A stretch of 64,000 bases of DNA from Deltaproteobacteria bacterium (GTDB lineage: Bacteria > Bdellovibrionota > UBA2394): assembly GCA_017302715.1 (NCBI GenBank), contig JAFLCD010000002.1:5882-69881 (forward strand). The letters are read 5' to 3'. Of this stretch, positions 53,845 to 63,213 are shown one piece after another. Made by a program: the position numbers and the translations under genes. The notes under the pieces were generated by a model. That model was not told where the DNA came from. It saw nothing but the letters and a program-made list of their open reading frames with translations, and made no database searches. Positions within the stretch are counted from its first letter, which is position 1; the number at the start of each line of letters is the position of its first letter.

Positions 53845-55193
53845 ATTCCGCTTTTATAAAAAACTACTCCCTCGAACTTAAACAAACTTTACGTCTCGCG
53901 TTTCCGATCATGCTCAATCAGGTCGGGCAACTTATGTTTGGAGTTCTCGATTCTGTGATGATCGGAAGAGTAGGTGCCGTTCCACTTGCCGCCTCTGCTT
54001 TTTCGAATGCGCTTTTTTGGTTTTGTCTCATTTTTGGAATTGGAGTTTCGAATGCGATTTCTACTTTGACTGCTCAAGCGGCGGGAGCGGCAAAACCTCG
54101 CGATTGCGGCGAAGTGCTTCGACATGGTTTGGTCGTAAACCTGGTCATCGGAATTTTGCTCGCAGGTTTATTGCATTTATTTACGTATCATTTGGATGTC
54201 TTTCGTCAGACGCCCGAGATCATCGAAGAAAGTAGAACATTTTTAATTTTAATTGGATGGTCTGGAGTTTTTGTTTTGCTTTTTCAAAATTTTCGCCAGT
54301 TTGCCGAAGGTCTTAATCAAACAAAGCCTGCAATGATCATGTTGGGCTTGGGGCTTTTGATGAACGCATTTTTGAACTGGCTTTGGATTTATGGAAACTG
54401 GGGATTCAAAGCTTATGGTTTAACAGGTGCCGGTTTTGCCACTCTTGTTTCGCGAGGCGTTTTTACGATCATGATGATGATCTATATTATTCGCTCGCCA
54501 CTTTTTACCGGACATATGCCACTAAAATGGTGGAAAGCTTTTGAGCGAAGATGGATGGCCTCGATTTTAAAGCTCGGTCTTCCGGGAGGTTTTCAATATC
54601 TCTTTGAAGTGGGAGCTTTTACTTTCGCTGCGATGATGATGGGCTGGATTGGTGCCACTGAACTTGCGGCTCATCAAATTGCAATTAACTTGGCTTCGAT
54701 TACTTTTATGTTTGCCGTCGGACTTGCAACAGCGGCAAGCATTCGCGGCGGATACGCAGCGGGAAAAGGAAACTATCACGAAGCAAGACGAGTTGGATTT
54801 TCTTCTATCATTTTAGGCGCGGGTGGAATGTCGATCTTCGGTTTGATTTTCTATTTTTTCAGAGAACAACTTCCGCGGATATATATTCATGATGTTTCCG
54901 TTGTTCATCTGGCCTCACAACTTTTGATTGTTGCGGCCTGCTTTCAGGTCTTTGATGGAATTCAAGGTGTTTGCGTTGGCGCGCTTCGGGGACTTTCAGA
55001 TGTAAAAATTCCCACGATCGTTTCGTTTTTCGCCTATTGGGTTTTGAGTTTGCCGCTTGGATATTATCTAGGATTTCATTTGAACTACGGAGCCATCGGA
55101 CTTTGGACAGGACTTGCGATTGGTCTCGCCGTTTCGGCTGTTCTCTTGACCATAAGATTTCATATTATCAGTAAGAAGCTCTGTGACGTCTGA
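53841..55193 (+). CDS. MATE family efflux transporter
   Basis: 12 TM segments. The N-terminal pattern LRLAFPIMLNQVGQLMFGVLDSVMIGRVG is typical of the NorM/DinF class. ATGA overlap with the upstream gene. Confidence 0.9.
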   Translation: MNSAFIKNYSLELKQTLRLAFPIMLNQVGQLMFGVLDSVMIGRVGAVPLAASAFSNALFWFCLIFGIGVSNAISTLTAQAAGAAKPRDCGEVLRHGLVVNLVIGILLAGLLHLFTYHLDVFRQTPEIIEESRTFLILIGWSGVFVLLFQNFRQFAEGLNQTKPAMIMLGLGLLMNAFLNWLWIYGNWGFKAYGLTGAGFATLVSRGVFTIMMMIYIIRSPLFTGHMPLKWWKAFERRWMASILKLGLPGGFQYLFEVGAFTFAAMMMGWIGATELAAHQIAINLASITFMFAVGLATAASIRGGYAAGKGNYHEARRVGFSSIILGAGGMSIFGLIFYFFREQLPRIYIHDVSVVHLASQLLIVAACFQVFDGIQGVCVGALRGLSDVKIPTIVSFFAYWVLSLPLGYYLGFHLNYGAIGLWTGLAIGLAVSAVLLTIRFHIISKKLCDV

Positions 55194-56580
55194 ACCGATT
55201 TTACTCTGGTGTCGCCGTGATCTTCGACTCAAAGATAATCCTGCATTGTTAGCTGCGGTAGCAACAGGTAGGCCGATCATTCCGGTTTTTATTTGGTCAC
55301 CTTCAGAAGAAAAGCCTTGGGCGCCGGGCGCTGCGACTAAATGGTGGCTGCATCACTCCCTCTTAGATTTTCAATTGCGTCTTCAAGAAAAAAAATCAGA
55401 TTTGATTTTTCGAGAGGGAAAAAGCTTAGAGAGTCTTCGAAGACTTATTCAAGAAGCAGGAGCGACGAGTATTTTTTGGAATCGATTGTATGAGCCAAAA
55501 ATTCGCCAAAGAGACGAGGAGATTAAAGATTCCCTTAAGAAAGATGGATTAGAAGTTCGTTCGTTTAACTCTTATCTTTTGTTTGAGCCCTGGACGATTC
55601 AAAATCTTCAGAAAAAGCCTTTTCAAGTTTTTTCTCCGTACTGGAAAAACTGTCTCTCGCAAAAATATAAAATAGAAGTTCAGCCAGCGCCCAAAAAAAT
55701 AATTTCTCCAGCCACTTGGCCAAAATCTCAAAAACTTTCTGACTTCGAATTAATTCCTAAAATTCGTTGGTACGATGAAATGGCTAAAGCTTGGACGCCT
55801 GGAGAAGACTCAGCGCAAAAACAGCTTAAAAGATTTATCAAAGATGCGGCTGCAGATTATCCAAAGAACAGAGATTACCCATCGATTTTAGGAACTTCAA
55901 AAATTTCGGCGCATTTGCATTTTGGTGAGATCTCCATTCGAGATATTTGGAATCAGCTTAAAGAATTAGGAAATGCAAAGTCCGAAATTTATTTGAAGGA
56001 GCTTGGATGGAGAGAGTTCGCTTATCATCTGCTCTACCACTTTCCGGATACGCCTCAGTCAGCCTTGAGAACTGAGTTTGAAAAATTTCCCTGGGATAAA
56101 AATTCTAAAAATTTAAAAGCTTGGCAAAAAGGAATGACGGGTTATCCCATTGTAGACGCTGGAATGCGCGAGCTCTGGGCAACAGGTTGGATGCATAATC
56201 GCGTTCGAATGATTGTAGCGTCTTTTTTGACGAAACACCTTCGTCAAACTTGGTTGAATGGCGCCGAATGGTTTTGGGAAACCTTGGTCGATGCGGATCT
56301 TGCGAATAATACTTTGGGTTGGCAATGGGCTGGAGGATGTGGAGCAGATGCTGCTCCTTACTTTAGAATTTTTAATCCGATTCTTCAGGGTGAAAAATTT
56401 GATCCAGACGGAATTTATATTAAAAAATGGATTCCCGAATTAAAGAACCTACCTGCCTCGATTATTCACACGCCTTGGGAATCTGATTTACCTCAAGGAA
56501 AATATCCTAAGCCGATTGTTGATCATAAGGAAGCTCGCGCTTTAGCTCTTAAGGCTTTCGCTTCACTTAAGAAAAAATAA
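55183..56580 (+). CDS. phrB: Deoxyribodipyrimidine photolyase (class I CPD type)
   Basis: Collinear with E. coli PhrB as recalled (WCRRDLRLKDNPAL, TGYPIVDAGMRELWATGWMHNRVRM, GGWQWAGG-like, YFRIFNP). GTG start overlaps the MATE gene by 11 nt. Confidence 0.9.
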   Translation: MTSEPILLWCRRDLRLKDNPALLAAVATGRPIIPVFIWSPSEEKPWAPGAATKWWLHHSLLDFQLRLQEKKSDLIFREGKSLESLRRLIQEAGATSIFWNRLYEPKIRQRDEEIKDSLKKDGLEVRSFNSYLLFEPWTIQNLQKKPFQVFSPYWKNCLSQKYKIEVQPAPKKIISPATWPKSQKLSDFELIPKIRWYDEMAKAWTPGEDSAQKQLKRFIKDAAADYPKNRDYPSILGTSKISAHLHFGEISIRDIWNQLKELGNAKSEIYLKELGWREFAYHLLYHFPDTPQSALRTEFEKFPWDKNSKNLKAWQKGMTGYPIVDAGMRELWATGWMHNRVRMIVASFLTKHLRQTWLNGAEWFWETLVDADLANNTLGWQWAGGCGADAAPYFRIFNPILQGEKFDPDGIYIKKWIPELKNLPASIIHTPWESDLPQGKYPKPIVDHKEARALALKAFASLKKK

Positions 56581-56581
56581 A

Positions 56582-58744
56582 TTATTTTTGAGCTAAAAGA
56601 CGGGCGACGGATTTACAAGTTCCATCCACGGGAACAATTTTTGTAAAAGCGTTGACTCGATGCTCCGGCAAAATGGATGCCCACTGAAAACTTGCAAAAC
56701 CTCGATCGATGACCGCGGGCTCTAGAGGAGTTTTTTCAGCAGCGAGTCCGCCCAATGCAAAAGACATCTGAGCTCGGCTTCGTAAATTTTGTGAGTGGTG
56801 ACCTTCGGTTCCTAAGTTAGCCAAAGCCACAACTTGCTGAGGACTAAATTTGTATCCTGCTTGTTGAAGGCGGTTGATGCCTTCAACCATAATTTTTGCT
56901 TTTTTCTCAACGATCTCAGAAGGAATCTGCTCGGTGATCGTCGATTTTTTTTGAGACATGGCGACGATTTCTGCAAAGGCTTTGTCGAAATTTTGTTTTT
57001 GAATGAGCTCAAAAATTTCTTGAGCTTTGGCGAGCGAAACTTCTTCGGGAGCCATTTGCAAAAATTGACTAATCCATAAAACGAATGGGCCAGCCGCTCC
57101 ATCGACTGCGTATTTGGAGTTTGCGATTTCATTTACATAAGTGCGAAGAATGGGGCCGACAACAGCTACCTCTGTAGGCTCTTCTATATGCCACTGAGTT
57201 TCTGAGTTTCCCGGAATCTCAACACCGGCAGACGCAGAAAAATGTGAACTCCAATTACAACTTAAACAAGCTGTGCGATCGACAGATCTTAAATTTTCGG
57301 CTTCATCCGAGACGAGCAGACTGCGGGAATTGATTTTAAGATGCATAATAAAATTCTGTGGAACACCTTGAATCGATGTGACAGGTCGACCAGGAATAGC
57401 GCGAATATAAGTTCGAGTCGTGACGGCATTTTGAACATCCTCAGAAAATGGAAAAAGGCCAGGAATCAAAGTGCCACGATCAATAAAATAACCGACGAAT
57501 CTTCCTAATCCACCGTAGCCCGATGATTCGGCAAATTGTTCGTCGGCTAAAAAGACAGACGGAAATTTTCTTTTATTTTTGAGACCTGCTTCGACGGAGT
57601 ATTCCAGAGCTTCGTTTCCTTTTGTAAAAGTGGAGGTGAATTCTCCAAAAATTGAACTTTTGATTTCAACATATGGAAATTTTGAAGCCTCTGTAGAAAG
57701 TGCTGCTGTTGTATAATCGAGAGCGGTTAAAACGTTTGTGTTTCGATAGCCGTTAGAGTGAGTGGCTAAAACAGAACTTCCATCTTTATAGACAATTTTT
57801 TTCCAGGATTTTTCGGGCACATCCGAAATTCTTCCACCTGCCGTAAATGTTTGAGATTCGAGCAGTAGATGTTCAAGCTCTGCTTTTCCAAGATGAAAAT
57901 CGTCAATAATAAATGCAGAGCCTACTCGCAGATCGCCTGGTTTCGACATATTGGCGTCACCTGCAAGTGTATAAATTTCTCTAATGGCGGCGAGAATTTC
58001 GTCGATAGATTTTAAATCTTTTACATCTTTGTCTAAAACTCCACCGATAATAATTTTTTTGTGAAAGAGGGGATCCATTTCGACAAGGTTAGGATCATAA
58101 ACGGGAGGACTTACTACCAAATGGTGAGGAGTTGAATTTGGAGCATTTGGATACATCAAAGAAACTCGGCCTTTGGCAAGGAGCTCTTTTAAATTATCGC
58201 CTAAGCGACCCTCTTTAAATTGAATATTATCGCGAGCGAAATGAGATGAGGATTTCGCTCCATTAAACTTGAGAACATCAAAGTAATCTGCGCCATTAGT
58301 GATAAGTAAAGAAATTCCAAAATTGTTTTGGGCAGCGGCGTCGATCGCTTGCATTCCGCCACCATTGGATTCGTGATAAATTCCGATCACTAAAAATTTT
58401 CTCTCGGCGGGAGTTTTTAAAAAACTTTCAGAAAAAACTCCGGTTTTGTTTGTGGCGTGTGCGATATCTTGTGCAAACTCAGCCATGGTTTGAGGAATAT
58501 CTACACCCGATAAAATTTCGGGATGTCCACTGGCTTTAGATGGTTCGGAGAGAAAAATTCTTTTAATACTCGAAGCAAAACTGGGGCGGTCTGAAGAAAT
58601 AATTTCGATAGGCGGAAATTTGCTCTGTTGGTTTAAAAGATCGGCGTGTAGTTCGGATAAAGTCTCGGGTCCAGCAGCAGCTATTTCTAAAAGGCAAAAA
58701 AAGCCAAAACAATAGAGAAGCCCTCTTCGAAATGCCCTTAACAT
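56582..58744 (-). CDS. Large secreted hypothetical protein (720 aa)
   Basis: Signal-like N-terminus. Two HxK-plus-hydrophobic-strand motifs (LFHKKIIIGG at residue 228 and IMHLKINSRSLLV at residue 468). No firm family. Confidence 0.55.
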   Translation of the reverse strand: MLRAFRRGLLYCFGFFCLLEIAAAGPETLSELHADLLNQQSKFPPIEIISSDRPSFASSIKRIFLSEPSKASGHPEILSGVDIPQTMAEFAQDIAHATNKTGVFSESFLKTPAERKFLVIGIYHESNGGGMQAIDAAAQNNFGISLLITNGADYFDVLKFNGAKSSSHFARDNIQFKEGRLGDNLKELLAKGRVSLMYPNAPNSTPHHLVVSPPVYDPNLVEMDPLFHKKIIIGGVLDKDVKDLKSIDEILAAIREIYTLAGDANMSKPGDLRVGSAFIIDDFHLGKAELEHLLLESQTFTAGGRISDVPEKSWKKIVYKDGSSVLATHSNGYRNTNVLTALDYTTAALSTEASKFPYVEIKSSIFGEFTSTFTKGNEALEYSVEAGLKNKRKFPSVFLADEQFAESSGYGGLGRFVGYFIDRGTLIPGLFPFSEDVQNAVTTRTYIRAIPGRPVTSIQGVPQNFIMHLKINSRSLLVSDEAENLRSVDRTACLSCNWSSHFSASAGVEIPGNSETQWHIEEPTEVAVVGPILRTYVNEIANSKYAVDGAAGPFVLWISQFLQMAPEEVSLAKAQEIFELIQKQNFDKAFAEIVAMSQKKSTITEQIPSEIVEKKAKIMVEGINRLQQAGYKFSPQQVVALANLGTEGHHSQNLRSRAQMSFALGGLAAEKTPLEPAVIDRGFASFQWASILPEHRVNAFTKIVPVDGTCKSVARLLAQK

Positions 58745-58807
58745 CCGCCCAACCTAACTCGATTTTCGTTGTTTCGGTAGCCCTCGAAATAGGTTTAAGA
58801 TGCCGAT

Positions 58808-59335
58808 ATGTGGATTCGAAAAAACCTTAGTCTTTTTATCCAGTTAATCATTTTAGTAGCGCTTAGTTCGACATCGACGATGGCGGCAGAGCTCGCTCCC
58901 ATTCAGGGGCCTGTGGTTTTTTCACTCGCTAAGTCTTCGGGCAAGCCATTAACCCTGGTCAATGTTTGGGCGACTTGGTGCCCGCCTTGTGTCGAAGAAT
59001 TTCCCGAACTCTTAAAATTTCACAGAAAATGGAAAGATAAAGAAGTTTCACTTCAATTGATCTCTGTCGATTTTGCGAGCGAGAGAGAAAAAGTTTTGAG
59101 TTTTCTTAAAGATCAGGGTGTTGATTTTAAAACTTTTATGCGCGAGGGCTCCGATGAAGATTTTGTTCGAGCTCTCGACAAAAAATGGACAGGTGCGCTT
59201 CCCACCACCTTTTTGATGGATGATAAAGGCAAAATTTTATTTAGATGGGATGGAGCCGTTACCGTTTCAGCACTCGAAAAAGAAATTCAAAAACATTTAC
59301 GTCCTACAAACTCAAAAGGAGAAAAATCAAAATGA
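58808..59335 (+). CDS. TlpA/ResA-like periplasmic thiol:disulfide oxidoreductase
   Basis: Signal anchor and the motif WATWCPPCVEEFP. Confidence 0.85.
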   Translation: MWIRKNLSLFIQLIILVALSSTSTMAAELAPIQGPVVFSLAKSSGKPLTLVNVWATWCPPCVEEFPELLKFHRKWKDKEVSLQLISVDFASEREKVLSFLKDQGVDFKTFMREGSDEDFVRALDKKWTGALPTTFLMDDKGKILFRWDGAVTVSALEKEIQKHLRPTNSKGEKSK

Positions 59336-59940
59336 AAACTTTTAAGCTCACAGGAATTTTAGCCGCTTTTTTATTTTCACATTCGTTACTGGCGCTTCAA
59401 ATGGGAGATTCACTTCCGACGATCAACCAATCTTTGATGAATCCTGTTACTGGAAAATCTGTCTTACTTTCGAAATCAACAGGATCTAAAGGAACTCTCG
59501 TTATTTTTACATGCAATCATTGTCCTTATGTAAAAGCTTGGCAGGACCGACTCGTTGCGATTGGCAACGAGTATTCAGCTAAGGGAATCGGCGTAATTGC
59601 GATCAATTCAAATGACGACAAGGCTTACAAAGATGACAGCCCTGAAGTGATGAAGGCGGTCGTAAAGAGAACCAAAATGAAGTTTCCTTACGTGGTCGAT
59701 ACAACTTCAGATGTAGCGAGAGCTTTTGGTGCTTCTAAAACACCAGAGACATTTTTATTTGATGCTAAAGGCAAACTCGTTTTTACAGGCGCTATCGATG
59801 ACAACGCTCAAGACGCATCGGCCGTAAAAAAGACTTATCTCAAAAATGCTTTGGATGAAGTTTTAGCCGGAAAATCGGTAACAACTTCTGAAGCCCAAAC
59901 AATGGGTTGTGGAATTAAATTCAGAGAGAAAAAATCTTAA
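59332..59940 (+). CDS. Thioredoxin-fold (redoxin/AhpC-TSA-like) exported protein
   Basis: ATGA overlap with the previous gene. Signal peptide, the motif FTCNHCPYV and a SKTPETFLFD motif. Confidence 0.8.
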   Translation: MKTFKLTGILAAFLFSHSLLALQMGDSLPTINQSLMNPVTGKSVLLSKSTGSKGTLVIFTCNHCPYVKAWQDRLVAIGNEYSAKGIGVIAINSNDDKAYKDDSPEVMKAVVKRTKMKFPYVVDTTSDVARAFGASKTPETFLFDAKGKLVFTGAIDDNAQDASAVKKTYLKNALDEVLAGKSVTTSEAQTMGCGIKFREKKS

Positions 59941-60140
59941 GATTTTTTCTCTTCTTCTTTTTTCTCAGCTTTTTTAACGCCGCCGTCGACGTCAATGGAG
60001 TCGGGTTCTTTCATGGCTTTTTTGAAATTGCGAATGCCTTGACCGATACCTGCTCCGAGTTGCGGTAACTTAGAAGATCCAAATAAAAGAAGCAGAATAA
60101 CGATAATAATAAGCCAGTGAATAAGACTAAATTCGCCCAT
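59937..60140 (-). CDS. tatA: Twin-arginine translocase subunit TatA/E
   Basis: WLIIIVILLLLFGSSKLPQLGAGIGQGIRNFKKA is the canonical TatA TM segment plus amphipathic helix. Confidence 0.85.
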   Translation of the reverse strand: MGEFSLIHWLIIIVILLLLFGSSKLPQLGAGIGQGIRNFKKAMKEPDSIDVDGGVKKAEKKEEEKKS

Positions 60141-60224
60141 AATTCTTTCCTTTCTAAGAGACTAAACCGCTCAAGTATTTTACCACAAGTCGTTGTTTGG
60201 TGATTTTATTGATGGAATGGAGCT

Positions 60225-61073
60225 CTATCCCAAAGCTTTTAGTGCATCTGGAACCGAAGTTTCACCCGATTCTTTAGAAATCGTTTTCATCGAACGCTTA
60301 GGCCTAAAAATCATTAGTACAAGCAAGGCAGTTGCCAGCAAAATCAAAGTCGAAAGTGCATTGATCTTTGGACTAATACCAAACTTAATCATCGAATAAA
60401 GTTTAACGGGTAAAGTATCGCTGCCCACTCCAGCGGTGAAAAAAGTAATTAAGAAGTCATCGAATGAAAGCGTGAAAGCCATCAACGCTCCCGACAAAAT
60501 ACCTGGCCAAATGAGAGGAAAAGTCACCTTCCAAAAAGTTTTCCACGGAGTGGCTCCCAGATCTCGAGCGGCTTCTTCGAGTGAATGATCAAAATCAGCC
60601 AATCGAGTTCTGACGGTAATGATAACATATGAAAAACTAAAAGTGATATGGGCTAGCACAATAGAAATTCCGCCCAATGAAATTTTTAAAATCACAAACC
60701 AAATGAGAAGCGAAAGAGCCATCACAATTTCTGGAACAATCAGAGGCACAAGAGTAAGAGCATCGAATATTTTTTTACCCGGAAAATCTGTTCGCTCGAG
60801 CGCGAGTGCTGCCGTCGTTCCAAGCAAAGTTGCGCCCAAAGTACTCCAAACTCCCACCATCAAACTCATCCACAGTGCCTGCTGCAAAGAAGAGTCAGCG
60901 ACGGCTTCGTAATACCAATTCCAAGTGAATGAAGAATTTCCGTCTAAATCTGTTTGAACGAAAGAATAAGTAACGAGAACAAAGAGCGGAATATAAAGTA
61001 AAAGAAATGTTCCCGCGGTAACTAGACTTGCAAAAAACGGAGGACTCGGTCTCGCGCGATGCTCAGTGGCCAT
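60225..61073 (-). CDS. potC: Spermidine/putrescine ABC transporter permease
   Basis: Six-TM BPD_transp_1 protein with the loop EEAARDLGATPWKTFWKVTFPLIWPG. Operon order is potA-B-C. Confidence 0.85.
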   Translation of the reverse strand: MATEHRARPSPPFFASLVTAGTFLLLYIPLFVLVTYSFVQTDLDGNSSFTWNWYYEAVADSSLQQALWMSLMVGVWSTLGATLLGTTAALALERTDFPGKKIFDALTLVPLIVPEIVMALSLLIWFVILKISLGGISIVLAHITFSFSYVIITVRTRLADFDHSLEEAARDLGATPWKTFWKVTFPLIWPGILSGALMAFTLSFDDFLITFFTAGVGSDTLPVKLYSMIKFGISPKINALSTLILLATALLVLMIFRPKRSMKTISKESGETSVPDALKALG

Positions 61074-61953
61074 GGGCGGCCTCCGCTTCTACTTTGGTTT
61101 GCTCTTCTTTCATCCATACGCGAATGACAATCACTAAACTGATCAAGACAATCGACATCAAAATAATCGAAAGCGCAGAGCCAAAAGGCCAGTCGCGCAT
61201 TTTCAAAAATTGCTCAGTGATAAGATTTCCCATCAACATACTACGAGCTCCACCGAGTAGATCTGGAATTAAAAATTCTCCAAGCGCAGGAGTGAAAACT
61301 AAAATAAATCCGGTGATAATTCCTGGCTTTGTCAGCGGAACCAAAACTTTCCAAAAATTATTCCAGGATGAAGCGCCTAAATCTCGGCCAGCCTCGAGCA
61401 AGGAGAAATCAAATTTTTCGATGGAAACATAAAGTGGCAAGACCATATAAGGTAAATAATTTGTTACCATTCCGATCCAGACCATTCCGTATGAATTTGA
61501 AAACGAAATCGGCTCCGAAAAAAATCCGAGTGCCATGGCTGCGGCATTGAGTGGGCCTTGCTCACTAAAGAGAACTTTCAAAGCATAAGTGCGAACGACG
61601 AAGTTTGTCCAAAAGGGGATGATGAGCAAAATCAAAAGAGCGGATCGATATTTTTGATTTGCCGTCGCAATCACATACGCCATCGGATAACCGATGAGTA
61701 AACAAGAGATCGCAGTTAAGAGAGCGAGTTTTAAACTTTGCAAAAAGATTTTTAAGTAGAGCCAATCGAATGCTCGCTCGTAATTTTCAAAAGTCATCTG
61801 CCAAACAATTCCGCCGTAGATGCCTTTCATCACGAGGCTGTAGATAAGAACAATTCCCATCGGAATCATAAGAAACCACAACATCCATCCCATAGTAGGA
61901 AGCGCGATCGGAGGAACAAGCTTGTAACGTGTTCGAGATTTCTGTGAACTCAT
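61063..61953 (-). CDS. potB: Spermidine/putrescine ABC transporter permease
   Basis: Loop LEAGRDLGASSWNNFWKVLVPLTKPG. It overlaps both neighbouring genes. Confidence 0.85.
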   Translation of the reverse strand: MSSQKSRTRYKLVPPIALPTMGWMLWFLMIPMGIVLIYSLVMKGIYGGIVWQMTFENYERAFDWLYLKIFLQSLKLALLTAISCLLIGYPMAYVIATANQKYRSALLILLIIPFWTNFVVRTYALKVLFSEQGPLNAAAMALGFFSEPISFSNSYGMVWIGMVTNYLPYMVLPLYVSIEKFDFSLLEAGRDLGASSWNNFWKVLVPLTKPGIITGFILVFTPALGEFLIPDLLGGARSMLMGNLITEQFLKMRDWPFGSALSIILMSIVLISLVIVIRVWMKEEQTKVEAEAAHGH

Positions 61954-63113
61954 GGTAAAGCGCGAAGTTCTAAAGGCTCCGTTTCAAAAACAGAAACAGG
62001 AAGCGGACCATCTTTGCCCATCAAGATACAATCTTCGGGGGCCCATGCTGCAAAAACGCGATCTCCCATATTAAAAGTTTTTTTAGCACTCACGGCAGAA
62101 TTGGTTTGCACTACCGTCATCATCAGAGAAGGAATTTCTTTTGCCTGAATTAAAAACTGAGTGACAGGGCCTTTGTAGAGAACTTCTTTGATCATGCCTT
62201 CGATATAATTCTGGTCAGGCTGCGGAGAAGATTTTAAAACTTTTAATTTCTCAGGACGAATCATCATTTGCACGGCAAGGCCAGATTGAACTTGCGGCAG
62301 TGGTCGAAAACCATCTCGAGAAGGTTTAACCGTTAAAATTCTTTTAGCGCTTCCAGCTAAAGTGATCGCTTGAGAATTAAAATCTTTTACTTCACCTTCG
62401 ATTGTATTCATCGATCCGATAAACTGCGCGACAAACAACGTTCGAGGAAATTCATAAATTTCTTGAGAGGTGCCTACTTGATCGACCACACCTTTGTTCA
62501 TGACAGCGATTCGGTCAGAAACGCTTAGAGCTTCTTCTTGATCGTGAGTAACAAAAATAAAAGTTTGTTTAAGGCAACGTTGAAGCGAGAGCAACTCCAC
62601 TTTCATTTGCTGGCGAAGTTTTAAATCAAGAGCGGAGAGCGGTTCGTCGAGAAGCAAAACTTTTGGTTTGTTGATCAGCGCTCGCGCCAAAGCGATACGC
62701 TGCTGCTGACCACCTGAAAGAGTGGTAACGGATCGATGTAGATATTCTTTCATCTGAACAAGTTCAAGGGCTTCACTCACGCGCTCATTTAATTCAGTGC
62801 CTGAAATTTTTCGCATCCGAAGGCCAAAGGCCACATTTTCAAAAACATCGAGATGCGGAAACAGCGCATATCTTTGAAATACCGTATTGCATTGGCGCTC
62901 ATGAGGAGGCAGCTGATCAATGCGAATTCCATTTAAATAAATTTCACCGGCAGTGGGTTTTTCAAATCCGCCGAGCATTCGAAGGAGAGTGGTTTTTCCG
63001 CAGCCACTAGGCCCCAGCATCGAGAAGAATTCACCGTCTTGAATCACCAGGTCGGTGGGTCGAACAGCCTCTGTTTTTCCGAAAGATTTTCGGATGCCTT
63101 TAAGTTCGAGCAT
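61950..63113 (-). CDS. potA: Spermidine/putrescine ABC transporter ATP-binding protein
   Basis: GPSGCGKTT, LSGGQQQR and a TOBE-like C-terminal domain. Start at MLELKGIRKSFG (63113) rather than the ORF-track 63176. Confidence 0.9.
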   Translation of the reverse strand: MLELKGIRKSFGKTEAVRPTDLVIQDGEFFSMLGPSGCGKTTLLRMLGGFEKPTAGEIYLNGIRIDQLPPHERQCNTVFQRYALFPHLDVFENVAFGLRMRKISGTELNERVSEALELVQMKEYLHRSVTTLSGGQQQRIALARALINKPKVLLLDEPLSALDLKLRQQMKVELLSLQRCLKQTFIFVTHDQEEALSVSDRIAVMNKGVVDQVGTSQEIYEFPRTLFVAQFIGSMNTIEGEVKDFNSQAITLAGSAKRILTVKPSRDGFRPLPQVQSGLAVQMMIRPEKLKVLKSSPQPDQNYIEGMIKEVLYKGPVTQFLIQAKEIPSLMMTVVQTNSAVSAKKTFNMGDRVFAAWAPEDCILMGKDGPLPVSVFETEPLELRALP

Positions 63114-63213
63114 TGAGCGAAACCATAACAGAAGTGCATGCGATGAAAATAGATTTTTTAAACCCCACAAAGTCATCTTGCACTTCAGATTCAGAATTAT
63201 TATTCAGGAACTT

